This document shows, piece by piece, positions 39,548 to 50,165 of a stretch of DNA of 64,000 nt. The stretch comes from Alkalispirochaeta sp. (GTDB lineage Bacteria > Spirochaetota > Spirochaetia > DSM-27196 > Alkalispirochaetaceae). The DNA is taken from positions 512,001 to 576,000 of the forward strand of contig OZ271854.1 in NCBI GenBank assembly GCA_965601925.1, written 5' to 3'. The stretch's first letter is position 1; each line of letters begins with the position of its first letter. The translations under genes were made by a program, and so were the position numbers. The notes under the pieces were generated by a model. The model saw only the letters and a list, made by a program, of their open reading frames with translations. It was not told the DNA's origin and did no database searches.

Positions 39548-40656
39548 CGAATCACCTCTACGCTCAATCCGTCCGAGAGATTCACCTGGCCCGACACGAC
39601 GACCGGCGTCCCCGCTGCGACGACCGGCGGTATCAATAGTCCTTCGGCGGTCGGTTCCGGATCATCGACCGGGACGATCCGAATGCGGTCGTCCTCCACG
39701 ACATACACGCGCGGCCTGAGATCGGGACCACCGACGACGGCGGACGGAGGAAGCAACAACGCCGGCGTGCGCCGGGTAAGCCGCAGCGTCACCTCGGCAG
39801 GCGAGCCGGACGGTAAGCCCGAGTCGATGCTGTCGACCGACGCCACGACCGGAAAGAGCATCGACGGCTCGGCGGCGTGGTCGGCTACCGACCGCACGGA
39901 TCCGGTGAGTTCACGGTCGGGCAGAAACGTCGGCCGTACGGTGAGGGAATCTCCGGACTCGAGGGCGAGGGCGACGGAGGCGGGAACCAAGAGCTCAATC
40001 TCATAGCGCGGATCGGTGCTGCTCAGGAACGCCACCGGTCCGCCCGCCGACACCACCTGTCCCTCTTCCACGGGAAGCGCGGTGACCACCGCGTCGTAGG
40101 GAGCCCGGAGCGTCGCCTCATCAAGCTGTCGTCGCGCCTCTCCGAGCGCCACCTCCGCCTGGGACACCTGCGCGCGCCACGTCGCGACGAGCGTCTCGCG
40201 CGCCTCTCGCTCCTCATCGGTAGCGGCATCGCCGAGACGGTCCACGCGGCCCAAATCGCGACGCGCCTGTTCCCATTGCTCGCGCGCGCTCGTGAGGGCG
40301 GCCTCGGCCTGTCGTACCGCGTTGCGCCATCCGTTGGCCTCCAGGCGGGCAAGCGACTGCCCCTCCTCGACTCGGTCGCCGAGCTCAATAGCGATTTCCT
40401 CGACACGCCCGGTGTGCACGAAGGCGACCGGGCCTCCGTCGGCGGTCCGCATCACACCGTGAAAGCGATGCTCCCGCACCTCAGGCGCATATCGCGCCGG
40501 GACGACGCCGACGCGCAACGCGGAAGCGGCATCGTCCGTACGCTCGGAACTCGATACATCGGTGGAATCGTCGCCCAGCGCGACAAACGCCACCGTGGAA
40601 AGGGCCAACAACGTCGCCGCGCCGCGGGCGAGCCATCTTCTCACGTTTGTATTCAT
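39544..40656 (-). CDS. RND periplasmic adaptor (membrane fusion protein)
   Basis: GRVEEIAIELGDRVEEGQSLARL lipoyl half, coiled coil, LRAPYDAVV; RBS AGGAG. Confidence 0.92.
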   Translation of the reverse strand: MNTNVRRWLARGAATLLALSTVAFVALGDDSTDVSSSERTDDAASALRVGVVPARYAPEVREHRFHGVMRTADGGPVAFVHTGRVEEIAIELGDRVEEGQSLARLEANGWRNAVRQAEAALTSAREQWEQARRDLGRVDRLGDAATDEEREARETLVATWRAQVSQAEVALGEARRQLDEATLRAPYDAVVTALPVEEGQVVSAGGPVAFLSSTDPRYEIELLVPASVALALESGDSLTVRPTFLPDRELTGSVRSVADHAAEPSMLFPVVASVDSIDSGLPSGSPAEVTLRLTRRTPALLLPPSAVVGGPDLRPRVYVVEDDRIRIVPVDDPEPTAEGLLIPPVVAAGTPVVVSGQVNLSDGLSVEVIR

Positions 40657-40670
40657 GACCATACTCCTAT

Positions 40671-40703
40671 CTTTACGATGTAAAGTTTCTTTACGACGTA
40701 AAG
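40671..40703. promoter_or_regulatory. Tandem palindromic operator upstream of the MFP-RND-TetR operon
   Basis: CTTTAC-GAT-GTAAAG (40671-40685) and CTTTAC-GAC-GTAAAG (40689-40703). Confidence 0.8.
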
Positions 40704-40873
40704 ATAACGTGTCGGATACAATGCGTCCAGATAAATCGAAAAAACTTTTGAATGTTTTTTTAGCGGAGATCATTTAGGGGTGTGCGTTACGATTGAGTAC
40801 TCGACGCGTCCGGTAAACCGTGGGATGCGGTAGACGCGGAAATCGTCGGAAAAGAAACGGCTCTCGTGTCGCG

Positions 40874-42205
40874 TCAGCTTCCGACCGCATCCAACGGCGA
40901 GTGTCGGCGCGCGGCACGGTAGACCGGCACGGTTTGTTCCTTGCCCTTCACCTTCGAGTCGGCGACGAACACGGCGCGCTCCCGACGACCGGGCTCCAGA
41001 ATCCGCACGACGCTTTCGGTCAACAGCAGCGAGAAGCCGTGCTCTTTGGTCAGTGATTCGACGCGCGAAGCGGCGTTAACGGCGTCACCGATGACGGTAA
41101 ACTCTTTACGACTCGAGCTGCCGATACTCCCTTGTACCACCTCTCCGTAATGGAGACCGATGCCGATCTGCAACGGACGTCTGCCGACTCGGGTCCAATG
41201 AGCGTTCAGCGCGTCGAGGCGACGTAACATATCCTCGGCCGCGTCGAGTGCCGCGTCGCCCGGTCGATCGAGCTCGGTCACGCCGCCGAATACCGCCATC
41301 ACCGCGTCCCCGATGAACTTGTCGACGACGCCGCCGTGACTGATGATCGCTTCTACCATTTCGTCGAAGTACTCATTGAGTTGAGCGACGATTTGGGTCG
41401 GCGGCAGCGCTTCACTGAGGGCGCTGAAGGAGCGAATATCGGAAAAGAGCACCACGACGTTCTTCATTTCGCTGACGTTCTCTTCTCGCTGTTGGAGCAA
41501 CTTTTCCTTTACTTCATCGCTGACGTACTGCCCGAACATACGCGATATTGCGTTCTTTTCGAACTCCTCGCGGACGATACTTCGAATGAGTTTGTGCACA
41601 TGCCCGGCGAGAGCCCACAACATAACTCCCGACAAACCGATCATCATCGCCTTGAAGGCGTACAACGCACCGGAGCTGATATCCTGTGTGAGCTCGGGGT
41701 AGGGCGAGGAGACCTGCGCCAAATACGGAGACGCGAGGAGATAGACGAGGAAGTACTGCAGACCGACCGATACTCCCATCACGAGCGAAAGCGTCCGGTC
41801 GAAGAGAAAACCGGTGATCAGAATGAGCAAATAATAGAGATACGAGAACGGCCCGGTGATGTAGAACGCCGCTCCGCCCTCAAAGGCCGCGTGCGACATG
41901 AGAAAGAGCATCGTCGGAAGGGCGGTGAGGGCACCGAAGACGAGATAGAGCCGATGGCCCTTCATCTTGCTACGCCGTGCGAGCGCGTAAATCGCAAAAC
42001 TCACCACGCCGCCGATGAAGGCGGTAACCGCCGGTAGCAACACTCCGGAAAGCACATCCAACGCCATCAACACGGCGATCGCCGGACCGCACGCCAATCC
42101 GAGGACTCCCAAAACCAAGGAGCCGCGTTGAAGCACCACGTTCGCCTCGCGTGTGACATAGGTCTGAATGTCGAGATCGTGCGCGGGGGATGTATTGTCG
42201 ATCAT
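40874..42205 (-). CDS. Membrane-anchored class III adenylate cyclase
   Basis: About 6 TM; LFSDIRSFS, VDKFIGDA, IGIGLHYG, FTVIGDAVNAASRVE. Confidence 0.92.
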   Translation of the reverse strand: MIDNTSPAHDLDIQTYVTREANVVLQRGSLVLGVLGLACGPAIAVLMALDVLSGVLLPAVTAFIGGVVSFAIYALARRSKMKGHRLYLVFGALTALPTMLFLMSHAAFEGGAAFYITGPFSYLYYLLILITGFLFDRTLSLVMGVSVGLQYFLVYLLASPYLAQVSSPYPELTQDISSGALYAFKAMMIGLSGVMLWALAGHVHKLIRSIVREEFEKNAISRMFGQYVSDEVKEKLLQQREENVSEMKNVVVLFSDIRSFSALSEALPPTQIVAQLNEYFDEMVEAIISHGGVVDKFIGDAVMAVFGGVTELDRPGDAALDAAEDMLRRLDALNAHWTRVGRRPLQIGIGLHYGEVVQGSIGSSSRKEFTVIGDAVNAASRVESLTKEHGFSLLLTESVVRILEPGRRERAVFVADSKVKGKEQTVPVYRAARRHSPLDAVGS

Positions 42206-42212
42206 GCCGTCG

Positions 42213-42240
42213 ATTATAGAGCGGAGCGGAGCCCTGTCAA
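42213..42240 (-). promoter_or_regulatory. Consensus sigma70 promoter for the cyclase gene (probably leaderless)
   Basis: TTGACA-N16-TATAAT-N7-ATG on the minus strand. Confidence 0.8.
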
Positions 42241-42306
42241 ACGGCGCCGCGACGCCCTCCGTTCGGTACGTTGTCATCACACCGTGAAGCGTGTAGGTTG
42301 TGGCAC

Positions 42307-43020
42307 ATGCCCAGTATGACCGAGATTTACCGCCACCATGCGGATCGTTACGACGAGTTGGTTTCCGCCGAGGACTACCGCGGAACTCTGAGAGAGACCT
42401 TGCATCGTATCGCCGTGTGGGAAGGCGCGGCGGTAATCGAGGCGGGCGTCGGAACCGGACGCGTCACAAAGCTGTACATCGACGACGCGGCGCGCGCGGT
42501 GTGTTGCGACCGGTCGCGCCACATGCTCGATTACACCGAATCGATACTCACCCCTCACGCGAGCAAGATCACCTACACGGTCGCCGACAACATGCAGTTC
42601 CCGCGGATCGAGGGCGACTTCAATCTGTTTGTCGAGGGGTGGAGTTTCGGACACTCCGCAATGGAAAGCTCCGACGACGAGGATCTCGTGAACATAACGG
42701 AGCGGTTGGTGGGCGGAGCGGAGCGCAATCTTGCCTCCGGGGGAACGGTCATCGTCATAGAGACACTGGGAACGAACGTCGATGAAGCGTCTGCTCCCCA
42801 TCCGACGTTGCGACGATTTTATGATCTTCTGGAACGCGAACACGGCTTCGTACGGGAGGTAATTCGTACGGACTATCGGTTCGAAACCGTAGACGAAGCG
42901 GCTCGAGTGATGGGCTTCTTTTTCGGACCCGCTATGGAGCGCGGCGTACGAGAACGCTCCTCGGCGACGGTCCCGGAATGGACGGGCGTATGGAAGAAGC
43001 GCGTCACGAACACCCCGTAA
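42307..43020 (+). CDS. Class I SAM-dependent methyltransferase
   Basis: IEAGVGTGR motif I, CDRSRHML, IETLGT. Confidence 0.85.
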   Translation: MPSMTEIYRHHADRYDELVSAEDYRGTLRETLHRIAVWEGAAVIEAGVGTGRVTKLYIDDAARAVCCDRSRHMLDYTESILTPHASKITYTVADNMQFPRIEGDFNLFVEGWSFGHSAMESSDDEDLVNITERLVGGAERNLASGGTVIVIETLGTNVDEASAPHPTLRRFYDLLEREHGFVREVIRTDYRFETVDEAARVMGFFFGPAMERGVRERSSATVPEWTGVWKKRVTNTP

Positions 43021-43217
43021 GATTTGTTGCGAATCCCCGCTCTGCTGCATATCAGGCGGCGAGACGAACGTGCGTGCCGGCTCAGCAGACCCGTTCCGGG
43101 TCAGAGGTCGCCGTCCCGCACGTTCGCCCCGCCTCAGCATGTATCCGCCGGAAGGGGCCTCTCTCGGTCAACGGACGTAAGAGCGGTAATCGTGCTTTGC
43201 TGCTATGCGACGCCCCG

Positions 43218-43781
43218 TTATCGCGCCATGCCGGCCCAGACCATTTCGAAGGTGGTCCGGATGTACATATCCACGTCCGCATCGGATAACAAGAGCTCCT
43301 CGATAACCCCGGACGTCGTTGAAATGACGAACGTGTAGAGGAGATCGAGAGGAATATCCTGTAGATGGTTCTCTTGGACCCCGCGCTTGAGGAACGAGAC
43401 GATAAACTCAAAACGCAAGGGGCCTTCGCGTCGCCGCAGGTCGAAAAAGTAGGGAGAGGAGGCAAACTGAGTGAAGAACCATCGCATCTTGGGGTTCTCT
43501 ATCCCCCAGCGGATACCCCGTTCCCACAGGAGCCGAAAGGTCTCGCGGTACTCGCCCCGCTCGCTCTCTTCAACGTGGAGCGCGGCGGCCATGGACTCTT
43601 TGCAGTACAAAAACAGCTGCTTAATAAGCTCCGTCTTTGACGGAAAGTAGTTAAAAAGCGTCCCCGTCGCGACACCGGCGGTACGGGAGATTTCAGCCGT
43701 TGTCGTCTCTTGAAAGCCCTTTTCGGTGAACAGGTGCACAGCTGCGTTGAGAATCGCGTCGCGTTTGCCCATGGCCGCCAT
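43218..43781 (-). CDS. TetR-family regulator
   Basis: LFTEKGFQETTTAEISRTAGVATGTLFNYFPSK. Confidence 0.92.
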   Translation of the reverse strand: MAAMGKRDAILNAAVHLFTEKGFQETTTAEISRTAGVATGTLFNYFPSKTELIKQLFLYCKESMAAALHVEESERGEYRETFRLLWERGIRWGIENPKMRWFFTQFASSPYFFDLRRREGPLRFEFIVSFLKRGVQENHLQDIPLDLLYTFVISTTSGVIEELLLSDADVDMYIRTTFEMVWAGMAR

Positions 43782-43829
43782 CGTATCACGAAATGCTCCT
43801 CGCCGGAGAGACCGTCATCGCGTTCGCGA

Positions 43830-44315
43830 TTAACTCGCCATCCGCCGACCGAAGATGACCAGCTCCTCCGACGAGATGGGCCGCATGTCGACGTAACGGC
43901 CCACGCCCTGCCGTCCGAACACTATAGTATACGGATAGAGCGCGCGTTCCCCGTCACCAACAATGACTACCTCGCGCGGCACAGGCAACTCCTCGACCAA
44001 GGGCGATCCGGCAAAGCGGAACGTCATCCGCGATACACGGTATTCCCCGCTCGGAAGGGCGTCGGCTGAGGCAAACTCGTCGTCATAGGTAACAATGAGG
44101 CGACGACGCACATCCGGGTCGTCGACCGATTCCACAAAGAGGACGAGTGTACCGAAGCGCGCTTGGCGTGCCTCCTCGCTCCTCTCAATCGCGAACGCGA
44201 GCTCGTTGGATCGGCCGTGAGCGGCACTCGTAGTCGCGCACGCCGAGACTATGAACGCAAACGCCGCAAGCACGACGAGCGCGAGCGCGCCTCTGTTCAT
44301 CGTAAACATTGTCAT
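43830..44315 (-). CDS. Hypothetical lipoprotein
   Basis: RBS GGAGGAG; hydrophobic signal ending in lipobox VSAC. Confidence 0.7.
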   Translation of the reverse strand: MTMFTMNRGALALVVLAAFAFIVSACATTSAAHGRSNELAFAIERSEEARQARFGTLVLFVESVDDPDVRRRLIVTYDDEFASADALPSGEYRVSRMTFRFAGSPLVEELPVPREVVIVGDGERALYPYTIVFGRQGVGRYVDMRPISSEELVIFGRRMAS

Positions 44316-44383
44316 ACCGTTCTCCTCCGTCGACCCATGAATCGAGTCGACGCTGTATGTGATAAGGGCAAGATAACGTTAAA

Positions 44384-44397
44384 TGACTGATTAGTCA
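44384..44397. promoter_or_regulatory. Putative TetR operator
   Basis: Near-palindrome TGACTGATTAGTCA upstream of the lipoprotein-TetR pair. Confidence 0.55.
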
Positions 44398-44539
44398 ATC
44401 TTTTTCGTGATAATCGTCGCCGCTCGTCGGAGGGAACGGACGGACACGGCGCTTCTGACGCAATGGGTCGGGCCTCACGGAGCGGCTCCGGTTCGAGACG
44501 TTCTCCGAACAATCTGGTACCCTTGCGTGCGGGCAGATT

Positions 44540-45814
44540 ATGGGGATCGTATGTAGAGTCGTTTTGATCGTCGGAGGAGCCATCCTGGCCGCCTCACTTG
44601 TGGCCGCCGTGGGCGTAGCGACCAATCCGCGACCACCCGCTCCACCGGCCGAGGGGGTTGAGGCGTTTTCCCGTTATCTCGACGAATGGACTGCGAGCGG
44701 CGCGGCACCGTCCGTGGTAGCGGCCGCGATCATCGACGGTAGGCCGGTCTATTCCAAGGGCAGCGGCACGCTTTCCCCGACGGCCCACGCCGCGCCCACG
44801 ATCGATTCGATATACAACTGGTGGAGTATCACGAAAGTCTTCACCGCCGTGGCGGTCATGCAGTTGGCCGAAGAGGGGGCAATCGATCTCGACCGCCCGA
44901 TTACCGTCGCGCTGCCGTGGTTGAGGGCCGTGGACTCGCTGTTCGACTCGGTCACCCCGCGACAACTTCTGTCGCACAGTGCCGGACTGCCGGACAATGT
45001 TCCGGAGGTCTTCGGGTGGACGCACCTCGCCCAAGACCGCGAGCACGATCAAACGCACTTTCTACGCAGCGTCATCGGAGAGTACGCACGCCTGACCTAC
45101 CGCCCCGCCTCACGCCACCGATATAGCAACGTCGGCTATATGATCCTCGGCGCGGCGATAGAGGCGGCCTCGCGGGAGTCGTATCTCGCCTACGTAGAGC
45201 GGGAGGTCCTCGGTCGAGCGGGATTGGAACGTACGGGATTCCGGTTGGACCGTATCGAGAACCTCGACCCCGCGAGCGTAGCGGTCGGTTCGCATTTGGT
45301 CTGGCGCATGGAGACGCCGTTTCTCTACCTCTATTACCCGGACCGGCTCGACGCTATGCTCCTTCACCGCACTCCGCGAAGACTCTACTTTCGTGAAATC
45401 ATCCCCGACAGCCATCCGCCGACGGGTTTGCGCGGGAGCGCCGGCGACCTGTTACACTTTGCCGATCAGCTACTAGCGGCTCTTACCGGCGACGCTACTC
45501 TGCTGAGTCCCGCTTCCGCGCGACAGATGTTTCGCCCCCACCTTTCTCAAGAGGCCGGCGACCTGACCGACGCAATCGAGTCGAATGCGGACGGCCTCCA
45601 TGGAGACGCATACGGCCTCGCATTCCGCCTCCACGCGTATCGCGGCACCCCCGTTGCCCGACACAGCGGCGGCGGGCCCGGTTTCAACACCGATCTGTGG
45701 CTCTTACCGGAGCATCGCGCAGCACTCGTACTTCTGGCCAGCGACACGCGGGTGCGCCTCGACGAGATCATGACGTCGTTTGTCGACGCGCTGATCCGCG
45801 ACGGACTACTGTAG
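44540..45814 (+). CDS. Serine hydrolase, beta-lactamase/PBP-like family (exported)
   Basis: SxxK (SITK), [16 protein letters not shown]-terminal TM/signal. Confidence 0.9.
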   Translation: MGIVCRVVLIVGGAILAASLVAAVGVATNPRPPAPPAEGVEAFSRYLDEWTASGAAPSVVAAAIIDGRPVYSKGSGTLSPTAHAAPTIDSIYNWWSITKVFTAVAVMQLAEEGAIDLDRPITVALPWLRAVDSLFDSVTPRQLLSHSAGLPDNVPEVFGWTHLAQDREHDQTHFLRSVIGEYARLTYRPASRHRYSNVGYMILGAAIEAASRESYLAYVEREVLGRAGLERTGFRLDRIENLDPASVAVGSHLVWRMETPFLYLYYPDRLDAMLLHRTPRRLYFREIIPDSHPPTGLRGSAGDLLHFADQLLAALTGDATLLSPASARQMFRPHLSQEAGDLTDAIESNADGLHGDAYGLAFRLHAYRGTPVARHSGGGPGFNTDLWLLPEHRAALVLLASDTRVRLDEIMTSFVDALIRDGLL

Positions 45815-45827
45815 AGGCGCGCCCGAT

Positions 45828-46011
45828 GACGCCGGTCTCCAAACTCACCGAGGCGACTCCCTTACTCACCACCGCGGCGGCGAAGTCGAAATGCGGCGTC
45901 GCTCCTCGGATCATCGCTCCGAGAGCGATGATGCCGTCCCAGACTCCCACGAGGGAGAGGCGTTGTGCGGTAAAGTGGGAGTTCCCACGCTCCCGGGACG
46001 CGTACCACGGC
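45828..46011 (-). pseudogene. ribH: Lumazine synthase relic
   Basis: [12 protein letters not shown], a frameshift at ~45972, then [42 protein letters not shown]; both ends lost. Confidence 0.8.
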
Positions 46012-46096
46012 GAGAGCGTCCCCCGTACATAGCGCCGACGATCTCGGTCGAGACCGCGCGGTTGACTGCAGTACACGGGAAACCTATCGTACTCGT

Positions 46097-47374
46097 GTGG
46101 GCTCATACGCGCTCGATGATGCATTTCCGTTGCCCCAACTCAAGACGATGCAGCCGGTCGTCTGGATCAATCCGCGCCGTCTGCCGTGGCACGAGGCGCG
46201 ACGAAGCATCGAGTACGGCGAGACCGATATCGTGGCCGTGCGCGATCGACTGCGCCGAGCGCGACGACTTACGGCACATCTGTTTCCCGACGAGGTGTGG
46301 CTCGACTCGCCGGGTACGATCGAGAGCATATTACAGCCTCTGGCGCCGGTACGGGGTATAGCCGGGCGCATCTTTGCCAAGCTCGATAGCCGACTCCCCA
46401 TCGCGGGGTCGATCAAGGCGAGAGGCGGCGTGTACGAGGTGCTCTCCCACGCGGAGCGACTGGCGGTCGCCGCCGGTATCGTCGAGCCGGGAGCCGACCT
46501 GCTTCCCCTCGCCTCACCGAGCGCCAGACGGCTGTTTGCCGCGCAATGCATCGCCGTCGGTTCGACGGGAAATCTCGGCCTAAGCATCGGCACGATGTCG
46601 CGCGCGCTCGGCTTTCGCGCAACGATCCACATGTCCTCGGACGCACGAGGGTGGAAAAAGAAGCGTCTCCGCGAGCTCGGCGCCGCGGTGTTGGAATACG
46701 AAAGCGACTACAGCGAAGCAGTACGGCGCGGCAGGCTGGCCGCGGAGACGGACGACAGCACGTACTTCGTCGACGATGAAAACTCCCCCGAGCTGTTTCT
46801 TGCCTACGCGGCCGCGGCGCGCTATCTCCGGGACCAACTCGAGACGGCGCTCGTCACGGTGGACGAGGAACATCCGCTGTTCGTCTATCTACCGTGCGGG
46901 GTCGGCGGCGGTCCCGGAGGCGTGTGCCTGGGCCTCAAGATCGAGTACGGCGACGCGGTAAAGTGCTTCTTCGTGGAGCCGACGCACTCTCCGGCAATGA
47001 CTCTCGGCCTCTCTACGGAGCTCCATCACGAGATCAGCGTTGCCGACATAGGACTCGACAATGCGACGATCGCGGACGGACTCGCCGTCGGCAGGCCGTC
47101 GGGTTTCGTCGGTCGCACATTGGGCCGGACGATCGACGGCGCGATTACCGTCACGGACGAGAGCCTCCTCCGCTGGTTGGCGAGGGTTTACAAAGACGAG
47201 GGCTTGCGGCTGGAGCCGTCGGCCACTGCAGGCATCGCCGGGCTCGCCCGACTGGCGAACGACTCCGTCGCCGACTTCGATCGTGCGACGCACGTAGTAT
47301 GGGCTACCGGAGGCGGCATGCTCCCCGACGACGAATTCCGCCGCTACCTCGCATCGGCCGACCGATTGAGCTAA
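46097..47374 (+). CDS. dsdA: D-serine ammonia-lyase
   Basis: [52 protein letters not shown]; start uncertain. Confidence 0.93.
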   Translation: MGSYALDDAFPLPQLKTMQPVVWINPRRLPWHEARRSIEYGETDIVAVRDRLRRARRLTAHLFPDEVWLDSPGTIESILQPLAPVRGIAGRIFAKLDSRLPIAGSIKARGGVYEVLSHAERLAVAAGIVEPGADLLPLASPSARRLFAAQCIAVGSTGNLGLSIGTMSRALGFRATIHMSSDARGWKKKRLRELGAAVLEYESDYSEAVRRGRLAAETDDSTYFVDDENSPELFLAYAAAARYLRDQLETALVTVDEEHPLFVYLPCGVGGGPGGVCLGLKIEYGDAVKCFFVEPTHSPAMTLGLSTELHHEISVADIGLDNATIADGLAVGRPSGFVGRTLGRTIDGAITVTDESLLRWLARVYKDEGLRLEPSATAGIAGLARLANDSVADFDRATHVVWATGGGMLPDDEFRRYLASADRLS

Positions 47375-47405
47375 GCCGAACCGTCGTCGGCACCCGCTAC
47401 GACGC

Positions 47406-48635
47406 TCAGTCGGCGAGCTCGCGATACCCTTCGCGTAACGAGTTGATCGCCACCACTCGACCGCCTTGTGTGTATAGTCGAGGAATGCGCGGGGTGAAAT
47501 CGCAGGTAATCTCGTAGGTAATGGTGCCGGCGAGGCGCGCAAGATCCGCGGCCGAAATCCGCTCGGCGCCGTCATCGATCGCCTTCCCATCGTCACGGAC
47601 CTGCTCTCCCATGAGCACCACCTCGTCGCCGATCGAAACGTCTTCACCCACACGCGTGAGATCGACGGCGATCATGTCCATGGAGACGCGTCCCGCGATA
47701 GGAACGCGCACTCCCCGAACCAACACTTCGCCGCGATTCGAGAGCGAGCGCGGATAGCCGTCTCCGTATCCGATGGGGACGATACCCACGAGCGACCCCG
47801 GTCGGACCGCGTAGGTCCGTCCGTATCCAACCGTCCAGTTTCGCGTATGACGCGTGAGCTTCACGAGTCGACTCACCACTTTCATAACGGGGCGGAGCCC
47901 TATGCCGTGGTCGACGTCCTCGGACGGGTACATCCCGTAGAGCATGACGCCGGGGCGAACCAAGTCCCAGTCGACACGCTCGGGAAAATCGATGAGTGCC
48001 CCGCTGTTGGCGAGATGCCGATATCGCGGACGCACCCCCTGCCTTTCCGCCTCGCGTACGATTCGATCCAACGCTTCCACCTGGGCAAACGAGAACTCTT
48101 TGTCGCGCTCGTCCGATGATGGAAAGTGCGAGAACACGCCTTCGAGCGTCGTATTGGCGAGTGACGCGACGCACAGGAGCGCCTCCACCGGGGTATCGCT
48201 CACAAGCCCCATACGCCCCATACCGGTATCCACATTGAGATGAATCATCGCCGTCGTTCCCAAGCGCCCCGCGGCGTCGGACAGCAGACGGGCATACTCC
48301 ACCGAGCCGGCGCTCAATCGCGCCCCGACGCGTAACGCCTCCTCGACCTCATGGGGGAAGAGATCCTCGAGAATCAGGATCGGTAGGGTTATTCCGTTGT
48401 CCCTGAGGACGAAGTACTCCTCGAGATTGGCGACTGCAAGCATGGTCGCGCCCCACCGCTCGCACAGAGAAGCGATCGCGATCGCTCCGTGACCGTACGC
48501 ATCGGCTTTTACCGCCGGCATTACGGAGGCTCCCGGCACCCGCGCCGCCGCGAGATTCAGATTGTGCTCAAAGGCGTCCAAGTCCACATACGCTCGCGTC
48601 TCGCGAATCGGGTAGTCCAGCACTCGTCTCTCCAA
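47406..48635 (-). CDS. alr: Alanine racemase
   Basis: AVKADAYGHG, DTGMGRMG, VRPG..LYG, GYGDG, GRVSMD, TITYE. Confidence 0.95.
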   Translation of the reverse strand: MERRVLDYPIRETRAYVDLDAFEHNLNLAAARVPGASVMPAVKADAYGHGAIAIASLCERWGATMLAVANLEEYFVLRDNGITLPILILEDLFPHEVEEALRVGARLSAGSVEYARLLSDAAGRLGTTAMIHLNVDTGMGRMGLVSDTPVEALLCVASLANTTLEGVFSHFPSSDERDKEFSFAQVEALDRIVREAERQGVRPRYRHLANSGALIDFPERVDWDLVRPGVMLYGMYPSEDVDHGIGLRPVMKVVSRLVKLTRHTRNWTVGYGRTYAVRPGSLVGIVPIGYGDGYPRSLSNRGEVLVRGVRVPIAGRVSMDMIAVDLTRVGEDVSIGDEVVLMGEQVRDDGKAIDDGAERISAADLARLAGTITYEITCDFTPRIPRLYTQGGRVVAINSLREGYRELAD

Positions 48636-48719
48636 TCGTCGACGGCGTCCGCTCGGTACAAGACACGCGCGCTACCGGTCGGACTCTCCGGCGAGTGTCC
48701 GACCGGCCGCCGTACCGAC

Positions 48720-50084
48720 TTATTGCTTCAGCTTCTGTTCGTACTCCTTCAGAGCGGAAAAAACAACCGGACTGAGGGCGATCAACGCGATTAGGTTGGG
48801 AATCGCCATAAGGCCGTTAAACGCGTCCGAAATGTTCCACACGAAACTAAGCGACGAGACCGAACCGACGAACGCGAGGGCGACCCACAGCCACTTGTAG
48901 TACTCCGCAACGGCGCGCCCGGTGATGAACTCCAAGGACTTAAAGCCGTAGAAGTACCAGGTAAGCATCGTGGAGAAGGCAAAGAAGATGAGCCCGAAAC
49001 TCACGATGAATGCGCCGAAGCCGGGTAGTTGCGCTCCGTACGCCGCAGTCGTAAGCTGGGCGCCGTTCAACCCGCCCTGGACTTCCATTACGCCCCCGGG
49101 CATCGTAAGTACGGTGCTGGTGAGAATGACGAGAGCCGTCATCGTGCAAATGACGATCGTGTCGATAAACGAGCCGAGGCTGGCGATGATGCCCTGGCGC
49201 ACCGGATCGTTCGTTCGGCTGGACGCGTGTGCGATCGGAGCGCTGCCGAGTCCCGCCTCGTTGGAGAAGATACCCCGAGCAACCCCGAAGCGAATGACCG
49301 ATCCGACCAGTCCGCCGCCGACGGCCGTCCCTGTGAAAGCGTTGCCGAAAATCCAACCGAAAGCCTCCGGTATGCGAGCGGCACCGGCGACGATGATGAT
49401 AAGCGACCCGATGACGTAGATGACCGCCATAACGGGAACGATCGCCTCCGCAACTCGGGCGATGCTCTTGATACCGCCGATGATTACCAACCCGACGGCG
49501 ACGGCAAGAATCACCCCGGTAATCCACATCGGGAGGCCGAGAGACTGGTTCATTGCCGCGGCGACGCTGTTGGACTGCACCATGTTCCCGATACCGACCG
49601 ATGCGATAAACGCGAAGAGGGCGAAGGACCAGCCGAGCCACTTCCAGTTACCGCCGAAGCGCTCCTCCATACCCTTGCTCGCATAGTACATAGGACCGCC
49701 GGACTTCTCGCCCGCTTCGTCGGTGATGCGATACTTCACCGCCAACACCGCCTCACTGAACTTGGTCGCACCCCCGAGAATCGCGGTGACCCACATCCAG
49801 AAGACCGCACCCGGTCCACCCAAGGCGATCGCCGTTGCGACGCCGGCGATGTTTCCGGTGCCGATCGTCGCCGATAAAGAGGTCATGAGGGCGGCAAAGG
49901 GACTAATCTCCCCCTCTCCCTCCGACTTTCGGACGAGCAAGCGGAATGCGTATCCGAGTTTGCGATACTGCACGACCTTCGTTCCCACCGAAAGGATCAG
50001 GCCGGTGGAAAAAAGAAGCACGATCATGACCGGTCCCCACGCAAAGCTCCCGATCACGCCGACTACATTCGCGATAGCCTCCAT
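48720..50084 (-). CDS. Alanine/glycine:cation symporter (AGCS family)
   Basis: GTGNIAGVA, GGPGAVFWMW, RGIFSNEAGLGSAP, MAIPNLIAL; RBS GGAGGAGG. Confidence 0.95.
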   Translation of the reverse strand: MEAIANVVGVIGSFAWGPVMIVLLFSTGLILSVGTKVVQYRKLGYAFRLLVRKSEGEGEISPFAALMTSLSATIGTGNIAGVATAIALGGPGAVFWMWVTAILGGATKFSEAVLAVKYRITDEAGEKSGGPMYYASKGMEERFGGNWKWLGWSFALFAFIASVGIGNMVQSNSVAAAMNQSLGLPMWITGVILAVAVGLVIIGGIKSIARVAEAIVPVMAVIYVIGSLIIIVAGAARIPEAFGWIFGNAFTGTAVGGGLVGSVIRFGVARGIFSNEAGLGSAPIAHASSRTNDPVRQGIIASLGSFIDTIVICTMTALVILTSTVLTMPGGVMEVQGGLNGAQLTTAAYGAQLPGFGAFIVSFGLIFFAFSTMLTWYFYGFKSLEFITGRAVAEYYKWLWVALAFVGSVSSLSFVWNISDAFNGLMAIPNLIALIALSPVVFSALKEYEQKLKQ

Positions 50085-50165
50085 AGAACCCTCCTCCGTA
50101 TGCTGAAAATTCGGTCCCGATCGCAATCCGGGGGCGGTCCATTCGCCCCCGAGATAGTTCGACCG

